Positions 1 through 11,056 are shown, counted from the first letter of the stretch. The stretch: DNA of 64,000 nt from Alphaproteobacteria bacterium (GCA_965261735.1 OZ253470.1:1024001-1088000), one strand, 5' to 3'. A program made the numbers and translations. The notes: a model not told the origin generated them from the letters alone.

Positions 1-1214
1 CTCCACAGCAGCAGGAAGCCCCATAGCGCCGATGTCTTGATGTGCATACCGAGGTTGAGGCGGTGTTCGAGCCCGAGCCGGACGGCGGCGCGGCGCAGCG
101 GCCGCGCGGCAAAGCGCGGCAGCACCGAGGTCCACTCGCCGATCCCGGGCTTCAAGAACTCCGTGATGGCCATGGGCTCGCCCGGCGCCGCGCCGACCTC
201 CTCGCGAACGCGCCGCCAGCGTGCCGCGCGGGTCTTGAGGTCGGCGACCCGAATCACGTCCTCGTACGACATCCACAGCGCCAGGTAGCGCGCGGTCTCG
301 CGGGTCAGCTCATGGTCGATCGCGGGGCCTGCGTCCCGCGAGTCGATCGCGGCAATGGCGTCGAGGCGGTCGAGGTAGCGCGCCGCGTAGGCCGCGCCCT
401 GGTAGTCGACGAGCCGGGCCAAACCCTCGCGCACGATGGGCCAGGTGTCGGCCGACAGCGAGGCCTGCATGCGCTCGAGCAAGGCGAGTGGCGTTTTCGC
501 GGCGTTGGGGCGCTTGAGGTCCTCGACCGCGGCGGGCGGGACGTCCGCGCTGGCGGCGCCGGCCTGGCCCGCCGCGAAAGCCGCGAGGTTCGCATCGGCG
601 TCGGGCCCGAGCGCCCGAATGGCGTCCTCGAAGGCCGCCGCGGGCAGCGGCAGGAGGTCGAGTGCGGCGACGGCGCCGAGGGCCACGGCGCTGATCGAGC
701 CCTCGGTTGTTTGAGCGGGCGCCCCCATGTCGAACAGGATCGCGCGGCCCGCCGCCTCGTAAGCCGTGGCGAGCAGGGCCTGACTGTCCTGGCGGCCGTC
801 CGTCATCGCCGTCTTCTCGGCCAGGGTGAGGAAGCGGTGCGAGGAGGCGACGAGCGTGGTCCGTGCCGACACATGGCCTGCCTGCACCGCGCGCACCGCC
901 TCTGCGAGCTCGAACGAGATGACCAGGTCGACGTCGCCGGTCCGGGGCGCGAGACGGAAGATGGGCCGGCGACCGCCGAGCTCCTTCTGTGGTGCGGGAT
1001 AGATTTCAATGTAGTGCGCGGTGATGCCCGTGCGCTGCGAGGTTCCGGGCGTGAGCGTGCTCTGTACCGGCAGGCCCTGGGCGCGCGCCGCCGCGACGAT
1101 CCAGTTGGACAGGAGCCGGCCGCCGCGGCTCGCCATGGGTTCGACGCCGCCGCCGCCCTGTCCTCCCATCACCGAGATCAGGACCGTGAGGGGTCGCTCG
1201 GGGAGGGCGCTCAC
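1..1214 (-). CDS. iorB: Indolepyruvate:ferredoxin oxidoreductase beta-subunit family protein (3' end runs off window)
   Basis: Manual translation from GTG at 1214, which overlaps the iorA stop: MSALPERPLTVLISVMGGQGG...LLSNWIV...PGTSQRTG...YLALWMSYEDVIRVADLK. Missing from the ORF track because there is no stop in the window. Confidence 0.85.
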   Translation of the reverse strand, partial: MSALPERPLTVLISVMGGQGGGGVEPMASRGGRLLSNWIVAAARAQGLPVQSTLTPGTSQRTGITAHYIEIYPAPQKELGGRRPIFRLAPRTGDVDLVISFELAEAVRAVQAGHVSARTTLVASSHRFLTLAEKTAMTDGRQDSQALLATAYEAAGRAILFDMGAPAQTTEGSISAVALGAVAALDLLPLPAAAFEDAIRALGPDADANLAAFAAGQAGAASADVPPAAVEDLKRPNAAKTPLALLERMQASLSADTWPIVREGLARLVDYQGAAYAARYLDRLDAIAAIDSRDAGPAIDHELTRETARYLALWMSYEDVIRVADLKTRAARWRRVREEVGAAPGEPMAITEFLKPGIGEWTSVLPRFAARPLRRAAVRLGLEHRLNLGMHIKTSALWGFLLLW

Positions 1215-3352
1215 GGCGTTGCCGCGCCGGCGTCCATGCCGCGGTCGACCTGCAGCCACGCGATGAGGCGCTGCTGCACGCCAGCTGCCAGACGGTCCCA
1301 ACGGCCCGGATTCTGAACGATTTCGGCGCGGTAGAACGAGGGGCAGAGGACGGCGGCGTGCGAGACCTCGCCGCACAACCCACAGCCGACGCAGCCCTGG
1401 TTCACGTGCGCCACCGGGTCTTTCTTCAGCGGGTCCGGATTCGCCTTGACCGTCAGCGAGGGACACCCCGACAGCCGGATGCAGGAATGGTCGCCGGTGC
1501 AAACGTCGTCGTCGATGCCGAACCGGGTGCGCACGGTACGCTCGCCGGCGGCGACGCGTTCGCGCACCTCGGCGTGGGTGCGCTGTTGCTTGGCGAGCTG
1601 GCATTCGCCCTCGGCGACGATGACCTTGAGGCCGCCCTGCGCCGTCGCCATCGCCTCGCGCAGCGCGCGCATGACCTTGGCGACGCCGTAGGAGCGCAGG
1701 TTCCTGATCCAGGTGACGCCGACCGAGCGCAGCGCCGCCTCGATGTCCATCCGGGGCGCCTTGCCGTTCGCGCTCGAGGGGATTTGCTGGCCGCCCGTGG
1801 ACGCCGTGTAGCCGTTGTCGAACACCAGCAGAACTGAATCGTCCTCGTTGTAGACGGCGTTGGCGACGCCCGTGAGCAGGCCGTTGTGCCAGAACCCACC
1901 GTCACCCATGATGCTCACGACCCGCTTGCCAAAGGCGTGGCCCACGGCGCTCGAACTCGCCAGGCCGAGTCCGTAGCCGAGGATCGTGTTACCCATATTG
2001 AACGGCGCCATGGTGGCAAACCCATGACAGCCGATATCGGCCGAGACGTGCACCGGTCCGAACTCATGCTCGGCCAGCTTGAAGGCGCTGAACACCGGGC
2101 GCTCGGGGCAGCCGGTGCAGAAGGTCGATTCGCGGGCCGGCGGCTGCACGTCGATCGACTTGGCCGCGCCTTCCATGTCCGACGCGAGCGCCGCCATGCG
2201 CGCGGCGACGGCCGCGGCGTCGAGCCCGGCGGGTACGCTGCCTTCGATGAAAGCGGCCAACCCCTTGAGCACCACGGCCTCGGTGTATTGACCGAAGCGC
2301 GGCAGGATGTCCTTGCCGATCACTGTGGTCGCGATGTCGGCCTTGCGTAGGATCGAGTCGATGGCCTGCTCGAGGTAGTTGGGGTGGCTCTCCTCGAGCA
2401 CCAGCACGGCCCGCTTGCCGCGGCAGAACTCCTCGATCTGGTCGGGGACCAGTGGGTAGGTCACATTGAGCGCGAGGATGGGGATGTCGGCCTCGCCGAA
2501 AATAGTGGCGAGGCCGAGTTCGCGCAGTCCGGCCGCGACCGAGTTGTACAGGGCGCCGACCGCGATGATGCCGACGTCGTCGAAGCGGCCGTCGAAATGC
2601 TCGTTGAGGCCGTGCTCGCGGATGAAGGCCCGCGCCGCAGGTAGCCGATGCTCAACCTTATGGCGTTCGTGATCGTAGGTCGCCGGTGGCAGCACGAGGC
2701 GGGCCGGGTCGTTGCCGCGGCGCTCGATGAGCTCCCTGGGCACATCGACGCGCCTGTTGTCCTTGCAAACGAATTCGCCGGTGGCGTGCGTGCCGCGCAG
2801 CCGCATCTCCAGCATCACTGGCGCATTGCTCGCCTCCGACAGCTCGAAGGCCTTCTCGACCATGTCGACGTAGATGGCCACCTCGGGCCGGGGCTCGAGC
2901 AGCCACATCGTCGACTTCATGGCCGAGGCGATCGTGCGCTCCTGGCCGGTGTTGCCCTTTTCGCCGTAGTCGCCGCCGATGAGGATCAGCGCGCCGCCCG
3001 TGACGCCGGTCGAGGCGAGGTTCGCGAGCGCGTCGGTGGCCACGGCCGAGCCCGCCGTCGCCTTGTAGATAACGGCGCCGCGCAGGGGGAAGTTGATCGA
3101 CGCGCCGAGCATGGCGGCGGCCGCGCCCTCGCTGGAGTTGGCCTGGAAATGGACGCCGAGCTCGGCCCGCAGGTCCTCCGTCGCCGCCACCGTGTCCATC
3201 AGGTTGGCGGCGGGCGAGCCCTGGTAGCCGCCGACGTAGGCGACCCCCGACTGGAACAGCGCCTTGGTTACGCCGAGCGCCGCCTCGCCGAAAAATACCT
3301 CGCCCGCGCCGAGCCTGAGCTGGGCGAGCTCCTGATCGTTGTACCAAGGCAT
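1211..3352 (-). CDS. iorA: Indolepyruvate:ferredoxin oxidoreductase alpha subunit
   Basis: GYQGSP, FCTGCPERP, DIGCH, ThDP motif GDGGFWHNG..N, C-terminal ferredoxin Cys motifs (CxGCGLC). Start placed at ATG 3352 after GAGGT. Confidence 0.9.
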   Translation of the reverse strand: MPWYNDQELAQLRLGAGEVFFGEAALGVTKALFQSGVAYVGGYQGSPAANLMDTVAATEDLRAELGVHFQANSSEGAAAAMLGASINFPLRGAVIYKATAGSAVATDALANLASTGVTGGALILIGGDYGEKGNTGQERTIASAMKSTMWLLEPRPEVAIYVDMVEKAFELSEASNAPVMLEMRLRGTHATGEFVCKDNRRVDVPRELIERRGNDPARLVLPPATYDHERHKVEHRLPAARAFIREHGLNEHFDGRFDDVGIIAVGALYNSVAAGLRELGLATIFGEADIPILALNVTYPLVPDQIEEFCRGKRAVLVLEESHPNYLEQAIDSILRKADIATTVIGKDILPRFGQYTEAVVLKGLAAFIEGSVPAGLDAAAVAARMAALASDMEGAAKSIDVQPPARESTFCTGCPERPVFSAFKLAEHEFGPVHVSADIGCHGFATMAPFNMGNTILGYGLGLASSSAVGHAFGKRVVSIMGDGGFWHNGLLTGVANAVYNEDDSVLLVFDNGYTASTGGQQIPSSANGKAPRMDIEAALRSVGVTWIRNLRSYGVAKVMRALREAMATAQGGLKVIVAEGECQLAKQQRTHAEVRERVAAGERTVRTRFGIDDDVCTGDHSCIRLSGCPSLTVKANPDPLKKDPVAHVNQGCVGCGLCGEVSHAAVLCPSFYRAEIVQNPGRWDRLAAGVQQRLIAWLQVDRGMDAGAATP

Positions 3353-3476
3353 GACAGTGACCTCGCGTGGCGCACCGGGTTCGGCATGCGCCGCCGACAA
3401 AGTATAGACCCGAGCTATGCCTCGGCGAAGGACTTCGCCGTCGCGTCGCCCCTCGGGGCCTATCGGAGATGAGCGA

Positions 3477-4472
3477 TCAAGGCGCCCTTGCCGCGTCGAG
3501 GATCGCCTTGGCGTTGTCGCCCTGGATCCTGTCCCGGTCGTCCGTGCCGAGCGAGTTGATGTAGGGCATCGCCAGCTCGCCCTCGGCGTCGCCGATCTCG
3601 AACGGGTAGTCCGTGCCAAACATCATGCGCTCGGTGCCCATCAGCTCGGCGAGGAAGGCGAGCTGCTCGCGGCCGAACACGCAGGTATCGACCGAGAGGC
3701 GCTTGATGTAAGCGGACGGCGGCTCGCTGATGTGGACGTAGAGCGCGGGGTTGTGTTCGTAGACGCGCGCATCGTAGGCGCGGTCGAGGCGCGCCGCCAG
3801 ATAGGGCAGCGTGCCGCCGCCGTGGGCGAGGCACAAATTGAGGCCCGGATGGCGCTCGAACACGCCGGCGAAGATCATGCGCGAGACCGTGATGCAGGTC
3901 TCGGTCGGGTAGAGGATGACGGTGGCGAGGCTGTAGTCGGCGTAGCGCTCGTAGGTGCGGTCGCGGGCCGGGTGCATGTAGAGGAACAGGCCGAACTCCT
4001 CGGCCACGCCCCAAAGATCCTCGAACACGGGATCGTCGAGCCCGAGCGCACCGGCGGCGATGCCGAGATGGGCGCCCTTGAAGCCGTGCTCGCCAATGGC
4101 GCCGCGCAGGTCCTCGGCCGCTTTGTCGGGCTCGCCGAACGCGATGGTCGCCATGCCGGCGAGCCGGCCCCCGGCGGCGGCCTCGGCGCGCGCGGTTTCG
4201 ACGTTGATGTGCCGTGCCTGCTCGGAGTCGGGCGCGCCGCCCGGCCAGTTGAGGAGCGTGTTCAGCGTGCCGACGAGCTGCAGGTCGACGCCGCGTGCTT
4301 CGAGGCTCGCGAGTCGCACCTCGAGGTCCCACAAGCCGGGATGGATGGCGTGGCCCATCAGGGTGTAGCCGCCCTTGCCGTCCTTCTCGACCTTCAGGCC
4401 GTAGCCGGAATGCGCTGCCAAGTGATCGAGCAGTTCTGGCGTGCACACGTGAGAATGTACGTCGATGATCAT
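3477..4472 (-). CDS. Amidohydrolase_2 family protein (ACMSD-like decarboxylase/hydratase)
   Basis: IIDVHSH, YMHP, AHGGG, MFGTDYPF motifs. Confidence 0.85.
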   Translation of the reverse strand: MIIDVHSHVCTPELLDHLAAHSGYGLKVEKDGKGGYTLMGHAIHPGLWDLEVRLASLEARGVDLQLVGTLNTLLNWPGGAPDSEQARHINVETARAEAAAGGRLAGMATIAFGEPDKAAEDLRGAIGEHGFKGAHLGIAAGALGLDDPVFEDLWGVAEEFGLFLYMHPARDRTYERYADYSLATVILYPTETCITVSRMIFAGVFERHPGLNLCLAHGGGTLPYLAARLDRAYDARVYEHNPALYVHISEPPSAYIKRLSVDTCVFGREQLAFLAELMGTERMMFGTDYPFEIGDAEGELAMPYINSLGTDDRDRIQGDNAKAILDAARAP

Positions 4473-4604
4473 GCTGCCCCTCGTTCCCATTGATTGCGGC
4501 CCGCTTGCCTGCCGGCGGCGGGGCACTTGCGCCACATTACAATAACGCGCGCCGCGCGCACGGGAGTATGTGTCTCCGAGACAGGGGAGACCCGGAGGAC
4601 GAAA

Positions 4605-5759
4605 ATGCACATCGGCATACTGACGGGAGGGGGCGATGTCCCCGGCCTCAACGCCTGCATCAAGGCCGTGGTCGACCGCGCCAAGGCCCTGGGCTGGAAG
4701 GTGACGGGCTTTCGCCGCGGCTGGGCCGGCATTCTCAACTACGACCCCAGCAATACGAAACCACAGCCCCGCTGGGTCGAGACGCTGACGCGGGCGAGCG
4801 TGCGCACGATCGACCGCGCCGGGGGCACCTACCTGCATACCTCGCGCGTGCACCCCGCGCACATGCCGACGGCCGATCTTCCACCGTCAATCAGGGCGGG
4901 CGAGACGACCGCGTCCGGCGCTGCCACCGTCGACTGTACCGCCCACGTCTTGAGGGTACTGGAGAAGCTCGGCATCGACGCGCTGATGCCCATCGGTGGC
5001 GACGGCACCCTGTCCTACGCCGCCCGCCTCGCCCAGGAAGGCGTGCCTGTGGTGTCGATCCCGAAGACGATGGACAACGATGTCTACGGCACCGATTACT
5101 GCATCGGCTTCTCGACCGCGGTCACCCGCAGCGTGATCTCCATCGACGCCCTGCGGACGACGACCGGCAGCCACGAGCGCATCGCGGTCGTCGAGCTGTT
5201 CGGCCGGCGCAGCGGTGAGACGGCCCTGTTCGCAGGCTACCTCGGCAACGTATCGCGCACGATCATCAGCGAGGTCCCGTTCGATATGGAGCGCCTTGCC
5301 GCGTACCTGCGTGCGGACCGCCGGCGCAATCCGAGCGGCTACGCGATGGTCGTGGTCTCCGAAGGCGCATACCCCCTCGGCGGGAAGGCCCTGGAGCGCG
5401 GCGAGGACGAGGTCGGGCGGGCCCGCCTCGGCGGCATCGGCCCCTATATCAGCGCGCAACTCCAGGCGCTCACCGGTATCGGCACTATCAGTCAGCAGAT
5501 CGCCTATCTGATGCGCGCGGGCGCGCCGGACTCGCTGGACCGTATGGTGTCGATCTCGTGCGGCAACCTTGCGGTGGAGCAAATCGAGCGGGGCCATACC
5601 GGCTGCATGATCGCGTTGCGCAACGGGGTCTACACCACGGTGCCGGCGGACCTCTGTATCGAGCGGGTCAAGCAGGTCGATGTCGAGGCCCTTTACGACC
5701 GCGAGGAATACCGCCCGCGCGTTCAGCAGATGTTGGGCAAGCCGATGTTTCTCTATTGA
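4605..5759 (+). CDS. pfkA: 6-phosphofructokinase, probably ATP-dependent
   Basis: GILTGGGDVPGLN, GGDGT, PKTMDND, ELFGR motifs. RBS GGAGG upstream. Confidence 0.9.
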   Translation: MHIGILTGGGDVPGLNACIKAVVDRAKALGWKVTGFRRGWAGILNYDPSNTKPQPRWVETLTRASVRTIDRAGGTYLHTSRVHPAHMPTADLPPSIRAGETTASGAATVDCTAHVLRVLEKLGIDALMPIGGDGTLSYAARLAQEGVPVVSIPKTMDNDVYGTDYCIGFSTAVTRSVISIDALRTTTGSHERIAVVELFGRRSGETALFAGYLGNVSRTIISEVPFDMERLAAYLRADRRRNPSGYAMVVVSEGAYPLGGKALERGEDEVGRARLGGIGPYISAQLQALTGIGTISQQIAYLMRAGAPDSLDRMVSISCGNLAVEQIERGHTGCMIALRNGVYTTVPADLCIERVKQVDVEALYDREEYRPRVQQMLGKPMFLY

Positions 5760-7164
5760 CGGCGCGGAGCGCCGGTGGCGGCAGCGCAAACGGGGCGACC
5801 GCTTCGTAGGCGCGGCTCGCCCGGAGCACCAGGTCCTCCGCATAACGCGGGCCGACGATCTGCATGGCCGCGGGAAGCCCCTCGTCGGTCAAGCCCACGG
5901 GCACGCTGGCCGCCGGCTGCTGCGTCAGGTTGAAGGGGTAGGTGAACGGGCTCCAGGCGAGCCACCGGCGGTCGTCGGCGGGGCCGCGAAGTCCACGCCG
6001 ACAGCAAACGCGGTCCATGGCAGCTGCGGCGAGACGAGAAGATCAAAGGGCTGATGGAGGCGGCTCATGCGCTGGCCGAGCGCGGCCCGTACGGACTCCG
6101 CCTGCACCAATTGACCCACTTGCACGGTGCGCCCATATGCGATCACGCGAGCGAGGCCAGGGTCGAGAAGTTCCTGCTGGGCGCCGGGAAGGGCACCCAA
6201 CTGCGCCGCCAAGAGAGCCGCTAAGGGGTCGTGCCAAGCCTCCGCCGGATCGTCGAATCCCGGATCGGCCTCTTCGACGTGCGCACCGAGGTCGGCCAGA
6301 ACACCCACCGCCCGCGCTACCAATCGCGCGACCTGCGCATCGACGGCGACGCCGCCGAAAGCGGGGCTGTAAGCGATGCGGACCCCGGCGATGCCCGCGT
6401 CGATCCCGATCCGGTCGTCGCGCGCCTGATAGGGCATGGCCCACCAGTCGCGCGCGTCCGGCTCGGCCATGACGGTGAGCATCAGCGCCGCGTCGGTGAC
6501 GGCGCGCGTGAGCGGGCCGAGGGCACCCGGCTTTCCTGGCGCGCTCTGCGGATGGAAGGGAATGCGCATCGAATCGGGCTTGAGGCCATAGGTGCTGCAC
6601 AGGGCGGCGGGAATGCGGACCGAGCCGCCGCCGTCGCCGCCGAGGTGGAGGACCCCCATGCCGGCGGCGGCCGCCGCGCCGGCGCCGGCGCTCGATCCGC
6701 CCGGGGTGAGGTCGGTGTTCCACGGGTTGCGGGTCGTGCCGCGCAGGGGGCTGTCGGTCACGCCCTGCCAGCTGAACTCGGGCGCGCAGGTCTGGCCGAT
6801 GAGTACTGCGCCGTGCTCGCGTAGCCGGGCCACCGCGGGTGCATCCTCTCCCCAGGGTCCCTCCGGCGCGATCGTCTTCGATCCTCGCAGGGTCGGCCAG
6901 CCGCGGGCGAGAACGGCGTCCTTCACCGTGGTCGGCACGCCCTCGATCAGGGCCCCGCGGCGCACCCTTGTGCCACAGAGCCTCGGACTCGCGCGCGGCC
7001 GCCAGCGCCGCCTCCCGATCCACGAGCGAGAAGGCGTTGAGCGCGGGATCGAGCGCATCGATGCGATCCAGTGCGGCGCCCACGACCTCGACGGGAGACA
7101 GCGTGCCCGCCCGGTAGTGGTCGAGCAGCGCGGTCGCGCTCATGAGAGCAGGGTCGTCGCTCAT
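5756..7164 (-). pseudogene. Amidase signature family protein, two frameshifts (about 6952 and about 5980)
   Basis: Three consecutive frames give MSDDPALMSATALL.../..TTVKD..GGSS..GGDGGGSVR../..WSPFTYPFNLTQQPA, collinear with the paralog at 17831-19270. The 3' end is approximate. Confidence 0.8.
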
Positions 7165-7187
7165 GGGCCTTGCAATCCAGTGCCTGG

Positions 7188-8936
7188 TTACGCCGTGGCT
7201 CGCTCGGCCCGGTCGTCTGCGATCAGCACGTCGATAACGTAGCAGCCGCCCTGGCGCAGCGCCGCAAAGCCTCGCGCGATGGCGGCATCGAGCTCGCCAT
7301 GTTCGGCGATCGGGCCCTCGGCCGCCGCGCCCTGCGCCCTTGCCAAGGCGGCAATGTCGACGGCCGGATCCTCCAAGCGCAGGCCGATCCACTTGTTCTC
7401 GACCGGGCGATTGCGCCGCAACGCCATCGACGCCTGGTGGCGCTCGTCGTTCATATAGGTGCGATTGTTGGCGACGATGACGAGCAGCGGCAGGCGGTAA
7501 TGCGCGGCCGTCCACAGCGCCGTGGCCCCCATCAGGAAATCGCCGTCACCGAGGATCGTGACCGGGAACCGCCCTGTGCCCGTTAGAGCCAGCGCCGCGC
7601 CCACCGCCAACCCTGGCCCCGAGCCGATGCCGGCGCCGCCGTCGCGGCCGAGGTAGTCGAGGGGGTGCTCGAAGCGGCACAGCTCGGCCGGCCACTCGCC
7701 TGGGAATTGCACGAGGCTGATGGGGTCTTGCCCGCGTGCGCGCTCGAGCGCGCCGGCGATATCGGCCAGGGTCGGCGCGCCGCTCGCGGCCGCCGGCTCG
7801 GCCGTCGGGCTACGCGGCGCGGCCCGGCGGGTGGGCGCTTGCCTCGCCGGGCCAAGGCGTTCGAGCAGGCCGGCGACGGCTTGGTCGGGGGTCGTGAGGA
7901 GCAGATGATCCGCCGGCACGGCGGCCATATGGTCCATGCTCCAGGCGCGGTGGCTGTAGTTGTCGAGCGAGCAATGAATGAGGGTCGCGGCGGGGCGCTC
8001 CTCGCCCAAGGCGGCGGCCAAGGTGCCGCCGAGGTCGAGCCAGTCGAGGCTGAGAATGACGTCGGCTGCGCGCACCATTTCGGCCGCGGGCTCGCTGAGC
8101 ATGAAGCCGGGCGGCTCGGCGTGGAGCCTGTGGGTGGTGGGAAAGGCGGCGCCCACCTTGAGGTCCGTCAGCACCGGCGCGTCCAAGCGCTCGGCGAGTG
8201 CGACCCGGCGCTCCCAATCGGCGGCCGCACGCGAAACCCGGCCTGCGAGGATGAGCGGCTGCTGAGCCGCCGCCAGCGCTGCGGCCGTGCCGTCGAGGGC
8301 GGACCGATCGGGAGCCGGCGGGGCCGGCGGCGCGTGGCGCTCGGGCTCGGGAAAGCGCGGGGCCGCATCGAGCGCCTGTTCCTGAAGGGTGACGTCGAGG
8401 CACACGTAGACCGGGCCGAACGGCGGCGTCCGCGCGATCTGGTGGGCGCGCGCGAGTGAGGCGAGCGCGGCCGCGACCGAAGCCGGCTGGTCGTCCCACT
8501 TGGTGAAGTCGCGGATCAGCGCACCCTGGTCCTTGGCGGTGTGAACCCAATCGATCCACGGCCGCCTGAGCGCCGCATCGACCGGTCCGGTGGCGCCGAG
8601 TAGGACCAGCGGCACGCGATCGCACCACGCGTTGAAGACCCCCATCGACGCGTGCATGAGGCCGACGTTGGCGTGCACGACCGCCGCCATCGGCCGCTCC
8701 GTCACTTTGGCGTAGCCATGGGCGATCGCGACCGCATGCTCCTCGTGCAGCGCCAGAACCAGCGCGGGCCGCTCGTTGCCGAGGAAGTTGACGATGCTGT
8801 CGTGGAGGCCGCGGAAGCTCGCGCCGGGATTGAGGCTCGCGAACGCCAGGTCGAGCCGGCGCAGCATCTCGGCGATCGCATCGCTGCCCCAGCCCATCAC
8901 CGGCTGGCCCGCCGGCCGTGGGCGGTCGGCTTTCAT
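7188..8936 (-). CDS. Thiamine pyrophosphate-binding protein (benzoylformate decarboxylase/ALS-like)
   Basis: NPGASF, LHEEHAV (catalytic Glu), GDGDFLM...NN ThDP motif. Confidence 0.88.
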   Translation of the reverse strand: MKADRPRPAGQPVMGWGSDAIAEMLRRLDLAFASLNPGASFRGLHDSIVNFLGNERPALVLALHEEHAVAIAHGYAKVTERPMAAVVHANVGLMHASMGVFNAWCDRVPLVLLGATGPVDAALRRPWIDWVHTAKDQGALIRDFTKWDDQPASVAAALASLARAHQIARTPPFGPVYVCLDVTLQEQALDAAPRFPEPERHAPPAPPAPDRSALDGTAAALAAAQQPLILAGRVSRAAADWERRVALAERLDAPVLTDLKVGAAFPTTHRLHAEPPGFMLSEPAAEMVRAADVILSLDWLDLGGTLAAALGEERPAATLIHCSLDNYSHRAWSMDHMAAVPADHLLLTTPDQAVAGLLERLGPARQAPTRRAAPRSPTAEPAAASGAPTLADIAGALERARGQDPISLVQFPGEWPAELCRFEHPLDYLGRDGGAGIGSGPGLAVGAALALTGTGRFPVTILGDGDFLMGATALWTAAHYRLPLLVIVANNRTYMNDERHQASMALRRNRPVENKWIGLRLEDPAVDIAALARAQGAAAEGPIAEHGELDAAIARGFAALRQGGCYVIDVLIADDRAERATA

Positions 8937-9090
8937 ATCGGGCTACGCGCGATGGCCGTCATGGTGTGTCCGTGGCCGAGTATAGGGGATTGGCCGGGAG
9001 AGGTGCGAAACGGTGCACGCATCGGCCAGTGTTCCCTCAGCCTGGCAATTGGGGCTATTCTGATGCGAACGAGCGCAAGGGGAGGGGACC

Positions 9091-9951
9091 ATGAACGATG
9101 CCGTTTACCGCGAGTACGGCCGCGACGAGATGGAGGCGCAGTTCAACCCGCGCACCATCATTCCCGATATCGACGGGCTGCTGGCGGCGAGAAACGGGGC
9201 TAGCGCGGAGGCTCGCGCGCGGCTCGAGCACCACGCCGACGTGGCTTACGGCGCCAGCCCGCGCGAGGCGGTCGACATCTTCCCGGCCGCCGCGTCCGGC
9301 GCGCCGGTTCAGATCTACATCCACGGCGGCTACTGGCGGGCGGTATCGAAGGCGGACGTGAGCCTGCTCGCCGAGCCGCTCGTCGCCGCCGGCGTGACCG
9401 CAGTGATGCTGGATTACGAACTGTGCCCGAACGTCACCCTGAGCGAGATCGTGCGCCAGACGCGCGCCGGCATCGCCTGGTGTTACCGGCGCATCGCCGA
9501 CTACGGCGGCGATCCGGAGCGCATCCATATCTCCGGGTCGTCCGCTGGCGGCCACCTGGTAGCGATGGCGATGGCCCACGACTGGCGGGCCGACGGGCTG
9601 CCAGCCGATATCATCAAAGGGGCAACGGCGATCACCGGGGTTTACGATACCGAGCCGGTGCTGCACATCCAAGCCAACGAGGAAATCCGGCTCACGCCCG
9701 AGCTCGCCCGCGCGAACAGCGCGATGCTGCACCCGCCGCTGGTGGAGGCGCCGGTGATCGTCGCCGTCGGTGCGCTCGAATCGGAGGGTTGGCGGCGCAT
9801 GTCGGCCGACTACTATGAGCTGTGCCGCAGCCGGGGTTTGCCGAGCCGCTATCTCGAGGTCGACGGGACGCACCATTTCTCGGTGACCGAGACTCTGCTC
9901 GATCCGAATAGCGAACTATCGCGCGCGGTCGCCGAACAAATGGGGCTGTGA
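9091..9951 (+). CDS. Alpha/beta hydrolase, arylformamidase (kynurenine formamidase)-like
   Basis: HGGYW, GSSAG nucleophile, C-terminal HHF. RBS GGAGG. Confidence 0.82.
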   Translation: MNDAVYREYGRDEMEAQFNPRTIIPDIDGLLAARNGASAEARARLEHHADVAYGASPREAVDIFPAAASGAPVQIYIHGGYWRAVSKADVSLLAEPLVAAGVTAVMLDYELCPNVTLSEIVRQTRAGIAWCYRRIADYGGDPERIHISGSSAGGHLVAMAMAHDWRADGLPADIIKGATAITGVYDTEPVLHIQANEEIRLTPELARANSAMLHPPLVEAPVIVAVGALESEGWRRMSADYYELCRSRGLPSRYLEVDGTHHFSVTETLLDPNSELSRAVAEQMGL

Positions 9952-9985
9952 GGCCGCAATCGGCGCTCGCCCACGAGGAGGAGCA

Positions 9986-11044
9986 ATGGCAGATAAGAAA
10001 ATGAAGTTCAGCGTCATGTTCGCGCAGGGACAACCGTTGGACAAGGCGGTGGAGCTGTGGAAAGCGTGCGAGGAGGAAGGCATGTCGATGGTCGGCGTCG
10101 CCGATTCGCCGGCACTCCTGCGCGAGCTTTACGTCTCGACGACGATGTGCGTCCTCAACACATCCAAGGTCCAGGTCATTACCTACGTCACCAATCCGAT
10201 CTCGCGCCACCCCTCCGTGACCGCGGCCGCGTTCATGACGCTCAACGAGCTCGCGCCGGGCCGCATCGGCATGGGCATCGGCACCGGCGACAGCGCCATG
10301 TGGGGCGTCGGGCTCAAGCCGGCGCGCCTGTCGCGGACGCGCGACTACATCCTCACCGTGAAGGGACTGCTCAGGGGCGAGGAGGTGACCTGGGAGGGCA
10401 GCAAGTTCAAGGCCGAATGGAGCGCCTGGAGCCCGCCCGTGGAGCTTCCCGTCTACGTCGCCTGCGCGGGTCCCAAGGTCCTGCGCATGGCCGCCGAGGT
10501 CGCCGAAGGTGGCCTCGTCACCATGGGCTTCTCGCCCGAGGACGTGGCCAACATCCGCGCCATCGTCGCCGAGGGCCGCGCCGCCGCGGGCCGCAGCGAC
10601 GACTTCGACATTTGGTGGAACGCCCACGTCACGTTTGCCGACAGCGTCGAGGCGGCGCGGGCAACGAGCCTCGGGTGGAGCCCGAGCTGGCTCACCATGG
10701 GCAGCCTCGAAGGCAAGGGAATCCCCGACGAGTACAAGGAGAAGCTGCTCCAGCTCAACGTCGACACCCACGATCTCGAAGCGGTGTATCGCTCGCCCAA
10801 CCGTGAAGTGACGATCGTCGAGCGGGCCAAGAAGCTCGGCATCTACGATTGGCTGATGTCGCGCTCGCCCGGCCTTATGGGCACGCCGGCCGACGTCACC
10901 GTGCGGCTCAAGGAGCTGCGCGATCGGGACATGCTGAACTGGATCTTCTTCGCCACCGGGCGCGGCCCGCGGGCATCGGCCAGCAACGCCGAACGGCTCG
11001 AGCTCGTGCGGACCCTGTCGCGCCAGATCATGCCGAACCTGTAG
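9986..11044 (+). CDS. LLM-class flavin/F420-dependent oxidoreductase (paralog 1)
   Basis: ADSP, VTNPISRHP, GRIGMGIGTGD, ACAGPKVLRMAAEVA; Mer-like luciferase fold. Confidence 0.88.
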   Translation: MADKKMKFSVMFAQGQPLDKAVELWKACEEEGMSMVGVADSPALLRELYVSTTMCVLNTSKVQVITYVTNPISRHPSVTAAAFMTLNELAPGRIGMGIGTGDSAMWGVGLKPARLSRTRDYILTVKGLLRGEEVTWEGSKFKAEWSAWSPPVELPVYVACAGPKVLRMAAEVAEGGLVTMGFSPEDVANIRAIVAEGRAAAGRSDDFDIWWNAHVTFADSVEAARATSLGWSPSWLTMGSLEGKGIPDEYKEKLLQLNVDTHDLEAVYRSPNREVTIVERAKKLGIYDWLMSRSPGLMGTPADVTVRLKELRDRDMLNWIFFATGRGPRASASNAERLELVRTLSRQIMPNL

Positions 11045-11056
11045 CGGCGTGCGCTT

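Noticed and set aside
42-1316. Long plus-strand ORFs here and many similar overlapping ORFs across the window
   Set aside because: Arg/Ala/Pro-rich antisense or off-frame shadows typical of high-GC DNA, with no motifs.
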